A stretch of DNA of 63,529 bases, counting the filler, from Pelomyxa schiedti (Eukaryota; Protista; Evosea), in the NCBI GenBank assembly GCA_020536535.1. It is 4 parts of 4 records of this genome, joined end to end, with 100 filler letters (N's around TTAATTAATTAA, not from the genome) between each part and the next. Parts side by side here need not be neighbours in the genome. Positions count along the whole stretch, not along the records: positions 1 to 30,705 come from JAHLWZ010000640.1; positions 30,806 to 60,442 come from JAHLWZ010000704.1; 2 more parts are not named here. One strand, 5' to 3'. The translations under genes and the position numbers were made by a program. The notes below the pieces were generated by a model. It worked only from the letters and a program-made list of their open reading frames with translations. It was not told the DNA's origin and did no database searches. The stretch's first letter is position 1. Each line of letters opens with the position of its first letter. Positions 30,096 through 42,979 of this stretch are shown piece after piece.

Positions 30096-30705
30096 ATGAT
30101 GTCAGTTGAGCTGCGAATCGAAGCACTCGGGCAATGTGTTGCGTTTTTGATGGCGGGACACACGAGGTGCGGGTCACGAAGCCCAGCCAGGCTCATCGCC
30201 GTGGTACCAACTCTGATGAGACTGCTGTCCCACCGGTGGGTCACGTCGCCAGCCAGGCTCTGTGCGTTCACATTCCGCAGCGCAGAGGACACAGCGACCT
30301 CCGACGGCCACTACTACGACATATGGCAGCCGCCCCGCTGCGACCCATATTCATACAGGCACGTGTGGGTGCGGGTGTCGCACACCCTCGGCGTCGTCGA
30401 CAGCGGGTGGTGCAGCGGCGTGCCCAAGAAGACGCTGTGCGTGGTGGGCAGCATCGGCACCAATTGGTTCGTCACGGCGGGGGCAGGCTCGCTGTCGGTG
30501 GTCGGGCTGGACTGGGTGTGCTGCATGTCCGCAAGGATGACGTCATCCGTGGCTTGCTGCAACTGCAGGTGGGTCGTCTGCGGCGTGGATGGACTGGATC
30601 TGGGGGTTTGGAGGGTGGTGGAGTCTGGGTGTGATTGCTGTCCTGTTTCTGGTGAGCCAAACATTGTGGTTTCACCTGGGGAGGGGAAGCTCCCTGTGGT
30701 GGCAA
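30096..30705 (+). CDS. RCG-motif family member 3, near-identical to member 1, cut by scaffold end
   Basis: MMSVELRIEALGQCVAFLMAGHTRCGSRSPAR. Confidence 0.8.
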
Positions 30706-30805
30706 NNNNNNNNNNNNNNNNNNNNNNNNNNNNNNNNNNNNNNNNNNNNTTAATTAATTAANNNNNNNNNNNNNNNNNNNNNNNNNNNNNNNNNNNNNNN
30801 NNNNN
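30706..30805. other. Artificial scaffold linker (also 60443-60542 and 62357-62456)
   Basis: N run + TTAATTAATTAA (stops in all six frames) + N run. Confidence 0.95.
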
Positions 30806-32200
30806 CCATTACATTGGCTCGTGGGCTACAGCGGTTTGGCACCCACTGAGTTTTTCATATCGAAGGGAGTGAAGTACATCGAAAAAGCTATTTCCGATCT
30901 TGAGGCTGATGGCCGTTATGAGCGCACTACTGAGGCAATTGTCAAAAGAGTTCTATGTCAATTGGTGTCCATCAATAAATCGGACTTCTTCAACTACTTG
31001 GTTGAGATGTTCCCGGTCAAAACCAACTGGAGTTTTCTTGGAGCTTGTCACAACATAAAGATGGTGAGTTGATTTTGTCACAGTATCCAAGATGATTCTT
31101 ATCTTGTCTTCCACAGTTCGAAGTTGTCAGTACGCACATTGCCAAGCATGGATTTGATAGAGCACAAGATCCTGAAACTTCTATAAGTGATGCTGCAGCC
31201 AGTCACGACCAGGCCTTATTCAGGGCTATACTGAACTTACTTACTGTGGATGAGAGAAGTGAGATTGATTGGGAAGATATGTTCTTTGAAACAAAAGACC
31301 TTGAAGGGGCAAACATCATATTGTCGGAATCTGGAATACTCCCAACAGATAAGGCCAAGGTGAGAAAATTCATAAAGAAGTGTGTTGAAAGTGTTGATGG
31401 AAAGGACACTCCCGCTGGGCGTAAGTGCGTCTCGTTCAGGAAGTGGTTTGTATCAGCAGTTACTTCCGGAACCGGCACCATTGGAGGATTCCTGTACGGC
31501 CACCAAAACCACTTGCCTCCTCTCGATTTCGCACTTGCAGTGGAAGACCTCGAGCTCACAGATGTCACTTGCTGCTGGGGTAAACCCAAATACCCTCCTA
31601 AGTACCGGACATGGCAACCCCAGTATCAAAACCCCATTGCGGAAAGTCAGAAAAATTCCCAAAGTGGTCGATTTCTGCAAGATTCTAGTTGACGCCGGGT
31701 ACCAACCACTGGTAAATATTGTCCTTGAATTACCTCCCTTTTCTTTACCCTCTTAAACCAGGCGTCAGACCTGAATTATGCAATTAAACACCACAACTTA
31801 GAGTTGGTGAAAATACTTGCCCACCAGTAATCTGTCTGGCTTCCTGGCCAGGTGTGGGCTAATCCAATTTACAGTGCTCTACTGTGCAAGAATAGGCGGG
31901 TGACTATATAGGTTTTAAGCTGCTTCGATGCCAAACTTGCATTATTCTGTAGCAAACTGCCTGAACGTATTTGTAAGTTCCACCCACTCTTTGCTTTTTC
32001 GACACTACAATCTCACTCTCTGCAGGGTATGAAATGGCAGAAAAAAGAAGACCAAACTGCCCTGGGCTGAGCAATAAAGAGAGATATCAGGAAGAAACTG
32101 GGAACTCTCGCAGCTTCTCACTCAAATTCCCAATATTGACCCGTTCAACTGCTGTGGGCACCTTTGTGGAGTAACGCTTGGTTATGTGGCACGTAGTGAA
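30806..32200 (+). pseudogene. Duplicated, damaged fragment of the ankyrin-like gene at ~48.3-51.2 kb
   Basis: Near-identical to ~49295-50676; net 2-bp loss near 31560 and CAGTAA replacing AAGAAA near 31826. Confidence 0.7.
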
Positions 32201-32300
32201 NNNNNNNNNNNNNNNNNNNNNNNNNNNNNNNNNNNNNNNNNNNNNNNNNNNNNNNNNNNNNNNNNNNNNNNNNNNNNNNNNNNNNNNNNNNNNNNNNNNN

Positions 32301-32690
32301 GTATGAAAACAACTCATGGTGATTCCACTCATAGGAAGACGGTGAAGGAACGGAGCAGCCGTCAGATGGGAAACAACAGACACTGCCCAACAAGCTGGAC
32401 ACACAGAACGACGTGAGGGTGCTGTGGAAGGTGTAGTAGTATGAATTGGGTGATGGTGCAGAAACAATGACACCAAAGGTCGCCGTTGCTGTTGTGGGGG
32501 TGGTGGTCGTTAGGAAATCCCACAATTGCCTGAGAAGGGTGGGCTGTGAGGTCATAACGTGCGCAGGGCTTGTTGCACCACAACGGTGGTTGGAAGACGT
32601 AGCTAGCCCAATGAACTGGTCACGTGCACTCAGGTGAACGACAAATGTGGGTTTATGCAGAGTCGTTCCTGCACTGCAAGACATCATCAT
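32301..32690 (-). CDS. RCG-motif family member 4, cut by gap
   Basis: LSARDQFIGLATSSNHRCGATSPA..LLRQLWDF. Confidence 0.75.
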
Positions 32691-33255
32691 CCAGGCTTTC
32701 TTGGAAAGAGATAAGAGAGACTGATGATAATTTTGACATCCAACAAAACACACAAAAAACAAGCAAAACTGGGCACGTGCCCGCCGCTGTTTATGAAACG
32801 ACAGACAAAAAAAGAAAGTGTGGTGTGCACCGACACTGTCAACGATTCCTTTGACCATGGGGGTGACTGCGCCGTGACCATCAGAATCCTCCCACAAGTT
32901 GATGAATGTGGGAGTGCTGCCGGGGTCGACGCCAAGAACAACCCACTACTGACTGACATCGATGAGGTTACTTGGTCTTCTGATCTGGATGTGCCCCTCC
33001 ACCCCTCCCATTCTTGTGGCGGGGAACTCCTCACAGGCCAAGTAGTTGATGGACACATAGTAGCCGCAGACTGAAACGATGGAGGATGTTGCGTGTTGTT
33101 GTGCTGCGATTGTGATTGAGACACAAAGGACATCGGTGATCTTCTGTTGATGTTGTTTTTGGCATCGTCGTCCCTGTTACTGCGTCGTTTCGGGTCGTCG
33201 TCCTCCATCGAAATCAAATGTGGCTACAGTTCACAGAAATCAGGGTAATCCCTGA

Positions 33256-36200
33256 TTACAACTCCGGACTTGTGAAGTATCCCCAAGCACGAAGGAGGCT
33301 GGTGATTGAAGGCCTGTTCAATGGGTCGGCAACAAGGCACAATGAAATGACCTGGCGTGCCCATAATGGCAGGGGGTATCTGGTGGCAGTTGCTGTGGTT
33401 GTGTGGGTTCTGTTTTTGGTGTTGGTACCAACAAGAACCCTTGGTGCCGTGAATGAGGATGAGGATTGTGGTGTTTGTGGTGATGTTGTTGTGGCGCAGT
33501 TGTCAATATCAACAACAAAGGTGCCGCGGGCGAGTGCACTGCCAACTTGGAACCTCTCAAAAAGCTCAGGGTGTCTCCGGCGTGAACCCAGTTTCACTTT
33601 TGGCACTGTGGTGCAAGTTAGCCGGAACCGGAATTTTCTATCTTTATTATTCTGGAATAAATAAATACATAAATGCAAGTACCGGGTTTGGTTGCGGCAC
33701 TTTGTCCTGACGGGATTGATTTTTTCCGGGGTCTGGATTTGTTGGCAGTTTGTGCCGGGTGCGTTTTGCATGAGGGGGCTGATTTGAGGGCAACAAAGGA
33801 TCGTGGTCCAACAACATTGTGAACAAGAATTCCTTTTGTGTGACTGTGAGAATGGAAGTGCGTTTATATTTATTTCAAGATAACAGGGATAAATACCGAA
33901 ATCCCACACATCACCCTCAGTGCTGAATATGGTTCTCCCATGAAGTACGGATTCAGGTGTGTCTGCAGCGCCGCTCTCACCATGGGCACCCGGAATCTTC
34001 CCGAGTGTGATCTTGGTGTTGTTGAGTTTTTTTTTTTTTGCACAATCTGGGGAGGAGACACCTTTGCCAAAGGGTCAGACACGGCTGGATCCAAGGAAGT
34101 GATCAACACATTCCCTGCGATGAAAGTTTTTATCAATCACTCGAGAGGAAGAGTGTGGGCACAAACCAATGTGAACATCACCATGGATTATTGGGGGATA
34201 CTGGTCATGCAGGTGCTTCAGGCCCCACGCAACGTCAGTGAGGATACGTTCCCGAAGGTGCATTGGAAGAACTTCCTCCAACAACGCTCCTTGCCGGAAC
34301 TTCTCATCGGTAGGGTCAACACACAATACTTTCAGCAAGTCTGCCAATGAAACCACCTGTTGTGTGTTGAATGTGTTGAACTTGGAGGGAAGCAGGTGAG
34401 GAGTGCTGCAAAATGGCAGATCAGACTCACTATTTCCCAACAGTGATGTGCCCTTGTTGTTCAAGCCAAAGAACTTCGTTACGTTCTTGTGGTCAACGTT
34501 GCTCAATGTAGTGGCTTCTGCTGTAAGAAGCGATTTCACAAGTTCGTCATCTGGCTCACTGTCATCAAAACTGTAATACCTGAAATACGAAGTGACGCGT
34601 GCTCGTTCTTCACCCGTTGGACCATCATCCCTTCTTGTCACATTTGGTACCAATCCACTGATTTTGGTGATTGTGCTGCCACTGGTGGGTGTAGGGTGCA
34701 GTAAATCTTCCGGAACAAGCTGAGCAAATCCCAGTTGTACATGCTTCGGGCAGAGCGGTGCAGTCGTGGTCTGATTACGGCCCAATCGGGCCTCAGCGAT
34801 CTCTTTGAATGAGATGTAACTGTGGGTCACTGAAGGTGGAACCAACTTGTTTGTGGCTATTTGAGGCTTACGGCGTAAACTTTTAATCAGGCACTTTGGG
34901 CAAGGAAACAAGGGCTCCAATGAAGTGTTCTCAAACAGTGAGCGAGTAGTTCTACTGAGTAAGTAAAGTGCAGAGGTCATCAGGTTGTTCTTCCAGTTGA
35001 TTTCCTCTTCCGGTGAGCAGATTGTTTCCATGGCAACAATCACTTTTGTGTCTCCTGTGACTTTGTCAACAACCCGCTGCATCAGCATGTGGAACAAAGT
35101 ATCACTTTTTTCCTCATCCCCGAACCCTTTGAGGATCGTCAGACCATCCCTCCAAAGCATTCTTGGAGTGGAATGTGGAATGCTGCACAGTGAACACATG
35201 ACTGCTGCAAATGCCTCAGCAGGAAGAAATCCAAACTGGAGAACGCATACATGAAATGCTCTGAATTGTACTTGTTCATAAAACTGCCAGGAGGCAACAT
35301 CAGGTGGGGTGCCAAGGGAAAATGATGAGCGGTGTTGTTTGCCAAGTACATCCAACCATATTGCTCTGTCTCCCTCAAATTTGAGGGACCTGAAACCACT
35401 CAATTCACTGAAGACGGAATTCTTCATTGCCGAACTGGCCTCAGTGAACCAGGATGGCTGCAAAACAACAATCTCATTGTTGCTGCCTGGCACCGCACCA
35501 CCTGCTTTGCCTGCGAAATACCTCTGCCTGAAGTGGAAAATGGATCCCACGTCTGACAGCCAGTCAAAGCACGCCCCCATTTCCTCTTGCTCATTGTTCT
35601 GGTTTCTTTTGCCAGTGATTCTCCCCACACCACACTCCCGTGCGGTTCTTACCAGTAGAGACCATCTCGGAATGAATGGTTCCGTTTTTGCTCTTGCAAT
35701 CAGGACACCTTGCAGCTTCACCCAGCTTCGTGGAACATAGTATGTTGCAGTGGTGGTGGTGGTCTCAAGTGCATGACTGATAGCCTGTACAATCTCAAAG
35801 CTTATTGATCCCTCTGGGTTCTGCTCACTCCAAGCATAGCCAGATCCATCAGCCAAGCGCACTGCAAATAACCCACGAAAATCAATCCTCGATTTCCAGT
35901 ACTGATTGATGGAGGTGAACAAGCCCTTGAATTCCTCCCTCAAGTACTCAGAAGGATAAAAACCTGCAAGAATTACCTTTGCTCTGGTGTGAACAGTGCA
36001 TAAACTGGCACGGGCTCTATTGCTGTTGTGGCATTCATCAATTTGATGGAGCCAGAAGTTCAATTTGGCAGGTGCTGCTTTCTTACTGACAAATGAACCA
36101 TCAAAAACAAGCATAAAAACAGAATCAGTGAAAAAGAAGCATGGGTAAAATGGGTCCCAGTCCTCATCACTCCCCCCTGAAAAGAGGTGTCATGAGAGGG

Positions 36201-37727
36201 AACGGTGCAATAATCACAAACCTAACTCCCATGCTGTCCAAGAAAGCTCGGGTACATCATTCTTCTGCAAATTGAATGGTTTGTGAACTTGAATGACTGG
36301 AGAACTGGTTTCTGACTTTGTGCCGTGGAGCTTCACCTTTGTTTTGAGTTTGTTCTCCAAAGCATTTCAGCAATCCAGTTTTCAGAGGCTGAGGTCCCCC
36401 AACAACTACGATTCTTTGGTTGTGGTGTAGCTTGACTGGAATTTCTCCGAACAGCAGGAAAAGTTTAGTCATAGACCATTCTTTACTCCTAAAACGTGAG
36501 GGAAGGCCTTTAAGAGGGTTTCCAATAAGTTCCACATGGTCCACTCTTGCATGGGGGAGCCATCCAGGAAAAGCATTGATGGAGTTGTCAGACAAGTTAA
36601 GTGTCTCACATGTGATTCCTGGGATGCAATCCAATGAAAGTGATGGCAGGTTTATGCATGAGACATGGAATTTATTCCTTGAAAAGAGAACCTCTTTCAC
36701 AGCAGGCCAATTCCCAGCTTTCACCCATGCCTCTAGTGCCAGTTTTTGAACAGTATCGGCCTTCACTGAGAAGAGCTGCAACATTGTTCGAACACTTGGA
36801 GGAGCCATCCACTTAACATCAATGTCAATTGACCCTTCCTGTTGAAATGCTTCCCCGCTTGTGTTGGGCCAGGGAAAAAGAGAGGCCACAGTTAAACCTT
36901 GGGATTTGTTAGAATAAAACAGAAAGAAAAGTTGCACCTTGGCGAGGTTGCTGTCTGTTGAGTGCCACTTGAGAAATTGAATGTACTAATGCCTTCAAAG
37001 AACTTGGGTTGAAGGAGCACTTGATAACCTTGTCTGCAGTCATCTGGCATTGTCAGTATTCAAAAGGAAGTACAAATGCACACACAAGAAATGACCCAGT
37101 AAATAGTGCTTCATCCTGATCCCCCAAGGAGAGAGTGAACTTGTCACAGGTGTTGAGCAGAATCAAAGGCACCGAGCCACCCCACCTTACATTCTGGAGC
37201 AGATTCCGCCATGAATATTCACTGTCCTTAATGTGGGTGTTGGGGACTATAACCACCACCACAACAGAACTCTCTGTATTCACCCACACATTGTGCGCCT
37301 TCACCAAACTCCCGTCATACTGAAACGCAACACAACCAACATGATCACTGTCGGTTGCCGCCGTTGATGATGACGATGTCGATGTCGATGTCGATGTCGT
37401 CGGTTGTTGGGCAGGAGGAGCCCGAGGGAGGAATTGTGGGTCGGTGACGGTGAGTCTCGTTGGTGTTTTTCCGCCGAGCCCGGGGAGCTGCGATACCACA
37501 CGAGCGCGAACCAACGCGTCGAACAACTCGGGGACCCCTTGCGCTTCGGCCCCTCCGTTGGGCTCGAAGACCGTGCACACGTGACAGTTGACTGTCTTGG
37601 ATGATGTGTTGCTGTTGTTGTTTACAGTTATGGGTGTTGTTGTTGTTGTTGTTGTTGTTTCGGGTGATGATTGTGATGGTCGTCTGCCGCCACCAGCCGC
37701 ACCATTGTCACTACGTTTTGTCTTCAT
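33256..37727 (-). CDS. Degenerate Roco-like protein (GTPase-like N-terminus, LRR, Roc, COR, pseudokinase), multi-exon
   Basis: LRR (LNLSDNSINAFP, LIGNPL); Roc VVVGGPQPLKTGLL; COR (LSDVGSIFHF, VVLQPSWF, FGFLP, LWRDGL); kinase PPIIHGDVHIGNVLI, DVWDFG, CLVADPLNRPS. Confidence 0.75.
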
Positions 37728-37833
37728 TTTTTGATTTCTTTGTGGTTTCTCCGAAAGTGGTTGGAGGAAGACGTGACACTGAGACAGAGGTGATGAATAT
37801 TACCATCATACAAAAAACCCTTTGGGTGTTTTT

Positions 37834-39036
37834 TTATGAGTATCTCCTGACAAGTGGGGTTGCATACCATGGGGAGCCAAAATTGAATGTGCAAACATGC
37901 AAGCCTGTGGCATCAGTAACATCAACACTAGGGTTTAAGCTCCCGTGGCAATGGAACAGGAAGCCTGATTCAGCAATCACAGGGACCAGGAACCTGGGTT
38001 CGAGTACCCTCAGTGGTGCTGTGGTGTTGTTGCAGTCCCATATTTCAGTGCTGTGATCGTGGCCACTCCTTGTGACACAAAAAAGACAGTGGCTCAGCTG
38101 TGACAGCTTGGTAGTGACACGGGAAATGGGCACAATTTCTCCTGATGACTCCTTGACTTCATACACGTTTTGTCTGCTATCCGCTGCACTCCTCAGTGCC
38201 ACAAATAGGACACAATCACCACTGGAATTCCTCATGGTGATACCTGATTCAAATAAAACGGGGGACTCTGGCAGCTTACATTCAGTCAGTCTCAGCATCG
38301 CCAGGTTCCTCGTTGTGTATGACTTGTGAGCATCGACAACCATGAGGATCAGCCGTTTATCATTTCTAGTCCGAATCGCCAGAAGCGCTTCATCTTGCCG
38401 GTGCCTATTGAACGAGACTGAGTGGCACCACGTCCCAACTGGAAAAGCTTCATCAAAACGCACAAACCCAGCAGTGCCTCTGGCAACATCCCCGCCACCA
38501 CAATCACCATCCGTTGCACCGATTTTCACCACATACAACGTGCGCCCACTGCTGTGAATCCACCACATGTGGTTCCCATCCCACCCCCAGAACAGGTTCC
38601 TTGGGTCGTCGTCGGTGACCAACAGCCGGCTCTCCAGGGGGGCATCCAGGTCGTGCATAATGAAGCTCAGGATTCCCTCGCCCGTCAAACACCGCACGAT
38701 GAAGCGGGTTCCCACAATGAGGACGCAGATCGGCTGCTGAAAAGCGTCGCAGGCCGTGGTGTGCGGCTCGCGCAGGTCCCTGGTGACACTCATCAGGGAG
38801 GACGACACCCCAATTGTGAAGTAGACACGGCGGTTGGAGGGGTGCGAGTTCATCACAACGGCGAACACTATCTCGGAGTCGCGGAGGCACCAGTCCCACA
38901 ACGGAGAGGTCGCGAGCGGCGGGAGGGACGCGAAGTGGCGGGCGGGGCTCATAGCTCCACACCGATTGTGGGACGCCATCACCAACGCCAGGAGTTGGTC
39001 TCGCGCACGGAAAGCCGCTGTTGTTGTCGGGTTCAT
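37834..39036 (-). CDS. RCG-motif family member 5, single exon
   Basis: RARDQLLALVMASHNRCGAMSPAR..PLWDW; QLSHCLFCV..EIWDCN..AESGF..VTDATG. Confidence 0.85.
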   Translation of the reverse strand: MNPTTTAAFRARDQLLALVMASHNRCGAMSPARHFASLPPLATSPLWDWCLRDSEIVFAVVMNSHPSNRRVYFTIGVSSSLMSVTRDLREPHTTACDAFQQPICVLIVGTRFIVRCLTGEGILSFIMHDLDAPLESRLLVTDDDPRNLFWGWDGNHMWWIHSSGRTLYVVKIGATDGDCGGGDVARGTAGFVRFDEAFPVGTWCHSVSFNRHRQDEALLAIRTRNDKRLILMVVDAHKSYTTRNLAMLRLTECKLPESPVLFESGITMRNSSGDCVLFVALRSAADSRQNVYEVKESSGEIVPISRVTTKLSQLSHCLFCVTRSGHDHSTEIWDCNNTTAPLRVLEPRFLVPVIAESGFLFHCHGSLNPSVDVTDATGLHVCTFNFGSPWYATPLVRRYS

Positions 39037-39223
39037 TGGTTTGATGTTGATCAAAGGGACGCGAAAAAAATGAAAGATTTTCAGTAAAGCTTCAACCCCA
39101 GGGCCTGTAGGAGTTGTTGTTTTGTGCCCGACAGGGCCCGTGGTTAGAGTCGTTACTGAACATTGACATTATCAAGGAGCGAACCAACTTGTATCTTTTC
39201 AAGGCAAAAACGTGATTCAATGT

Positions 39224-40428
39224 TGAATTGTGGGTTGGTCCGAATTGGTGGTTTGTTCCTTGTCTGGGCAAGTCCTGTAAGTAAGTAAGGCGTTTATGAG
39301 GGTTACCTCAGAACAGCATACACGGTGCCCACATGGGTGAAACTGGATGTTGTGTGGCCTCTCATCACACACAAGGCAGTTATTTTCACCATTGACGTTG
39401 TCAATTGGAGAGAGAGGTGCCGTGACCGATGCAGTACACCTGTGGTGGCTGCTTGTAAAGGTGTGGATGTGTACTTCGCCAAAGTTATATCCATCACATG
39501 TAAAGGAGTACCATCAGCACCATAGAATGCCTGGTAGTGAGAGCGGAGAAAGCGTCATCCTTTCTGTGGTCATCTTTCTAATGTGAACGCACCTTGAAAC
39601 TTGTCGCCATTCGGGTACTCCATGGTTCCCTTTACAGGAACACCAGTGTATGATGAACCATCCCTGGCCCACCTCTTCGTCCCATTGCCGTACTCCTCGC
39701 TGCACTCCCAGGTGCCTTGATACCTGTCGCCATTTGACCACACCCTCACGCCCTCCCTGTGGAACTTGCCAGACTTCCATTCTCAACATAGCTCCCCCCA
39801 GGGTCCTTGAGCAGGCTCTTGTCACCAAACAGCATCCTTCCCGTTCCGCTCATCAACGGCCCTGGTCAAACCGGCCCCAGTATATCGTACCTGTCTCCGG
39901 CGACCTCCACATCCCACGCCCATGCATCTGGTCGTTCTGCCACTCATACCCAGAGTACACAATCGCAGATACAAAATCAAACTCATCGACCGATGCTCCA
40001 CGCCGGCTCTGCACGCCCCACCCCTCCCTCACATTGTCGTGTGTGGCACTGTCCCATGCCCACCCACCCTCGTACCGGTCGACCCCGTTGGGGTGGCGCC
40101 AGATGCCGTGGGTCCAGTGGCCACTCGTGGACTGGCCGATGTACGAGCTGCCGTCGGGCCACGACCGCCAGCCCCAGCCTTCCTGGACGCCGCCGCGCCA
40201 CTCGCCGTCGTACACAGAACCGTCGATCCAGGTGCCCCGGCCCCGGCCGTTCATTTGGCCCTCGAGCCACTCGCCGTCGTAGTGTGCGCACCCCGGGACG
40301 GGTCCCCTCCTGGCGACAGCGACTTCGACCGAGAAAGTGCCCTTGCCGTCCGCTTTGTTGTTCACGAGCCTCCCCGTGTAGTTTCCCTCAGGGGCGAAGA
40401 CTGTGGCCACCCTGACCTGGTCCGTCAT
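39224..40428 (-). pseudogene. MORN-repeat protein with C-terminal RING finger, frameshifted
   Basis: YDGEWLEGQMNGRG-type repeats; frame breaks near 39855 and 39780 where MORN repeats continue in other frames; CLVCDERPHNIQFHPCGHRVCC near 39310-39380. Confidence 0.7.
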
Positions 40429-40505
40429 TTTTTGCGTTTATTACAAAGGAAAATGTTGGGAGGTGATGCTTCCATCAAAAAAAAATAACCCCTTCAAATA
40501 GGAGA

Positions 40506-42510
40506 CTACTTGTGGGTGGGTTTACCTTGAGGGAGTGGACAATCATATGAACACTGGTCCACTGTTGGAATCAGCTGCTTGGCAAGCCCATAGAAGCTTT
40601 GGTTTTTGGTTATAAGAGATAATAGAGATTTTATGGAGTGTGCGGTTGTAGTGGCACTGGGAATATACCTTTCAAATGAGCATGATTGCCACTCTGGAAC
40701 GTCGAGGCAACCAGGGATCGGGAGCTGTTTTCCGTTGTAAACAACTCGAATGAAATCCTTGCCCTGAACAGTGTACAGCTCAAACATGATGTATGAGGCA
40801 TATGACGGCCATAGTTCGTCCCAAATCCCAAGCATGCTGAGAACAACCATCACACTTGAATCATGTGCCTGCGAGATCATAAGGCACAAGGAAGAAAAAA
40901 AAAAAAAAACGGACACACAGAGAAAAGGGATATTTTTGGTTGCGGAGCTCCATCAACTGCATCCAACATTTGGTCCATGATATCCCCCAAAAGAAGGCCT
41001 AGATAAGATGAGTGCGGTCTGTATCCGTACATTGCTGGTAATAAAGGGGGTAAATTTACCCATGGCAATGCGGCCATAACTCTGTGGGTCAGGATAAGAG
41101 TATGTGGCAGCTGTTTGCCACATAACAGCATCAAAGACTTGAATCAACAGCTCTTGATAGGAATTAGACAGTGATCTTGTAAAGAATGGGAGAACCTTCT
41201 GTGAGTCCAGCAGGCAAAGGCATGTCATGACACTGCATGGAGTGTCCGCAATCACTGCAATAGTGTTTGCATGATTGCAAATAAAACCAATACCAAAAGG
41301 TAATACCTGACATCTGATATTTATTGTGAGGTCAGATATAAAAAAAAATAGAATGGTAACAATTATACACACCATTTATATCCGCAGATGCCCCAAAAAT
41401 TTCAATGAATTGCTGCTCAATGGGGTCAACAACGGTATTGTCATAGTTAATCCACTCGGGTGTTGTTTTTACTGCGTCACCATACTTTGTAACGCATGAG
41501 CACAAGTCAGAATTTGGAAACCTTATTGAAGACATAAATAATACTGAGGAATAGTATTCTTATTGTACATGTCATCTTTTTCATAGTCCATCGTGAACAT
41601 GTCAATCACGGACGTTGTATCACCTCCAGAAGCTGAGGGAGGGTAGAGCCCATCACAAAATGCCTTGAACATCATCAACGGTTTTGGTTAAAAGAAGGAC
41701 AAGCCAACCGACCATAGCGGACTGCTTTGTTCTGGAATCACCGTCAAATCTCACAAAAACATCTCCATCATGAAGACTATCAGGAAGGAATTTGATTGTA
41801 TCAACAAAGTAACTCCGCATCGCTTGGCCAAGCTGAGTGCACTGAGTATTTCCGATATCAGTTAGTGCAGCTTTTTTTTTTTTTAGTTTGGTGTTTATCT
41901 CGGTTTATCCAGAAACCTTTTTCACAGTTGCCAAGAAGTTCATTCCTATCGTACATATAATTCTCTCTGTAAGCGCGAGCAAGGGAAGGCTCATTTCCAC
42001 CAGTTGTCATGTCTGGGTCTCTTTTATTTTTTGGAAAGCTGTGAGTTGAAAAATAATTTAAACGCAGTTGCAGAAATGCATACGATATCTTTGTCAAGGA
42101 ACAGTTCCACACTGAATCATAACCCGGCCAGCAAGTGGTGTGCAATGGCACTCTGTCCCCATGTCTTGTCACAACTTCAAAATCGTGAGTTAGTTCAATT
42201 AAGTAATAATATGTACAACATAATGTATATTCTTTTAAATTTTTTTTTTTTCATTTGTTTTGTTTGGTGTGGGAGCGAGGCGACACGCACGAGCCACCAA
42301 CTTGGTCGTAGCGTTCGGGGCCAAGTTGAGCGGGGGCACCGGCTGCCCTTCGGTCGTCCCACAATACCCTTTGTAGCCCCCTCCTAAAACTGCACCACCA
42401 CCCCGGCGAGATAGACCCGCGAACGACGCTCTACTTCCACTAACGACAGAAACCACAGCGCACCAACACAACGCGACGACCAAAGCAACCCGCCTCCTCG
42501 CCGTGCCCAT
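40506..42510 (-). CDS. Secreted/lysosomal histidine acid phosphatase, multi-exon
   Basis: Signal peptide; RHGDRVP; AHDS; WPSYAS..FELY; IRVVYNG. Confidence 0.9.
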
Positions 42511-42979
42511 CCCCAACCAGAATTCGACCGAAAAAAACCCCGCGCCCGTTGCTTCCCAGAAACCAGGAAGGAGAAAAATGCACGTCGTAGCACCTACCGG
42601 CGGTCGCAGCTAATACGTAGTCGTCGTCGCGTGGCGGGGGGGGAGGGAAATGGGGATTGGGCGAACGGTCCTCATAGTTCTACCTCGACACAGTGGCTGA
42701 GGCGTGCGTGTGTGTGCGCGCGTGCGTGTGTCTTGGCCGGCCCTGCTTGTTGCAGTATTTTTTTTTCTTGTTTTGTATGTACAATGGTGTTGTTTTGTTT
42801 GTTTATTGGCTTGAAAAGTGGAACTAATTGCGACAGTGGCTTTATTGCCTATATGATAATGAAATCGAGTTGGGGGAAGGAGCGACTGGAATATCTTTAC
42901 CTCCAAGAAGGCCGAGTGGTCGTGGAGCGAGGCTGCGGAAAGCTTTGGTGGTGTGCGCTGGAGTTCAGCTTTGGCCCAG

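Noticed and set aside
30750-30761. Palindrome TTAATTAATTAA seen three times
   Set aside because: Artificial six-frame-stop linker embedded in N runs
32700-33217. Minus-strand ORF MEDDDPKRR..
   Set aside because: No recognisable homology; possibly a decayed fragment
33218-33664. Plus-strand ORF with a TM-like segment
   Set aside because: Shadow of the last Roco kinase exon (CLVADPLNRPS) on the minus strand
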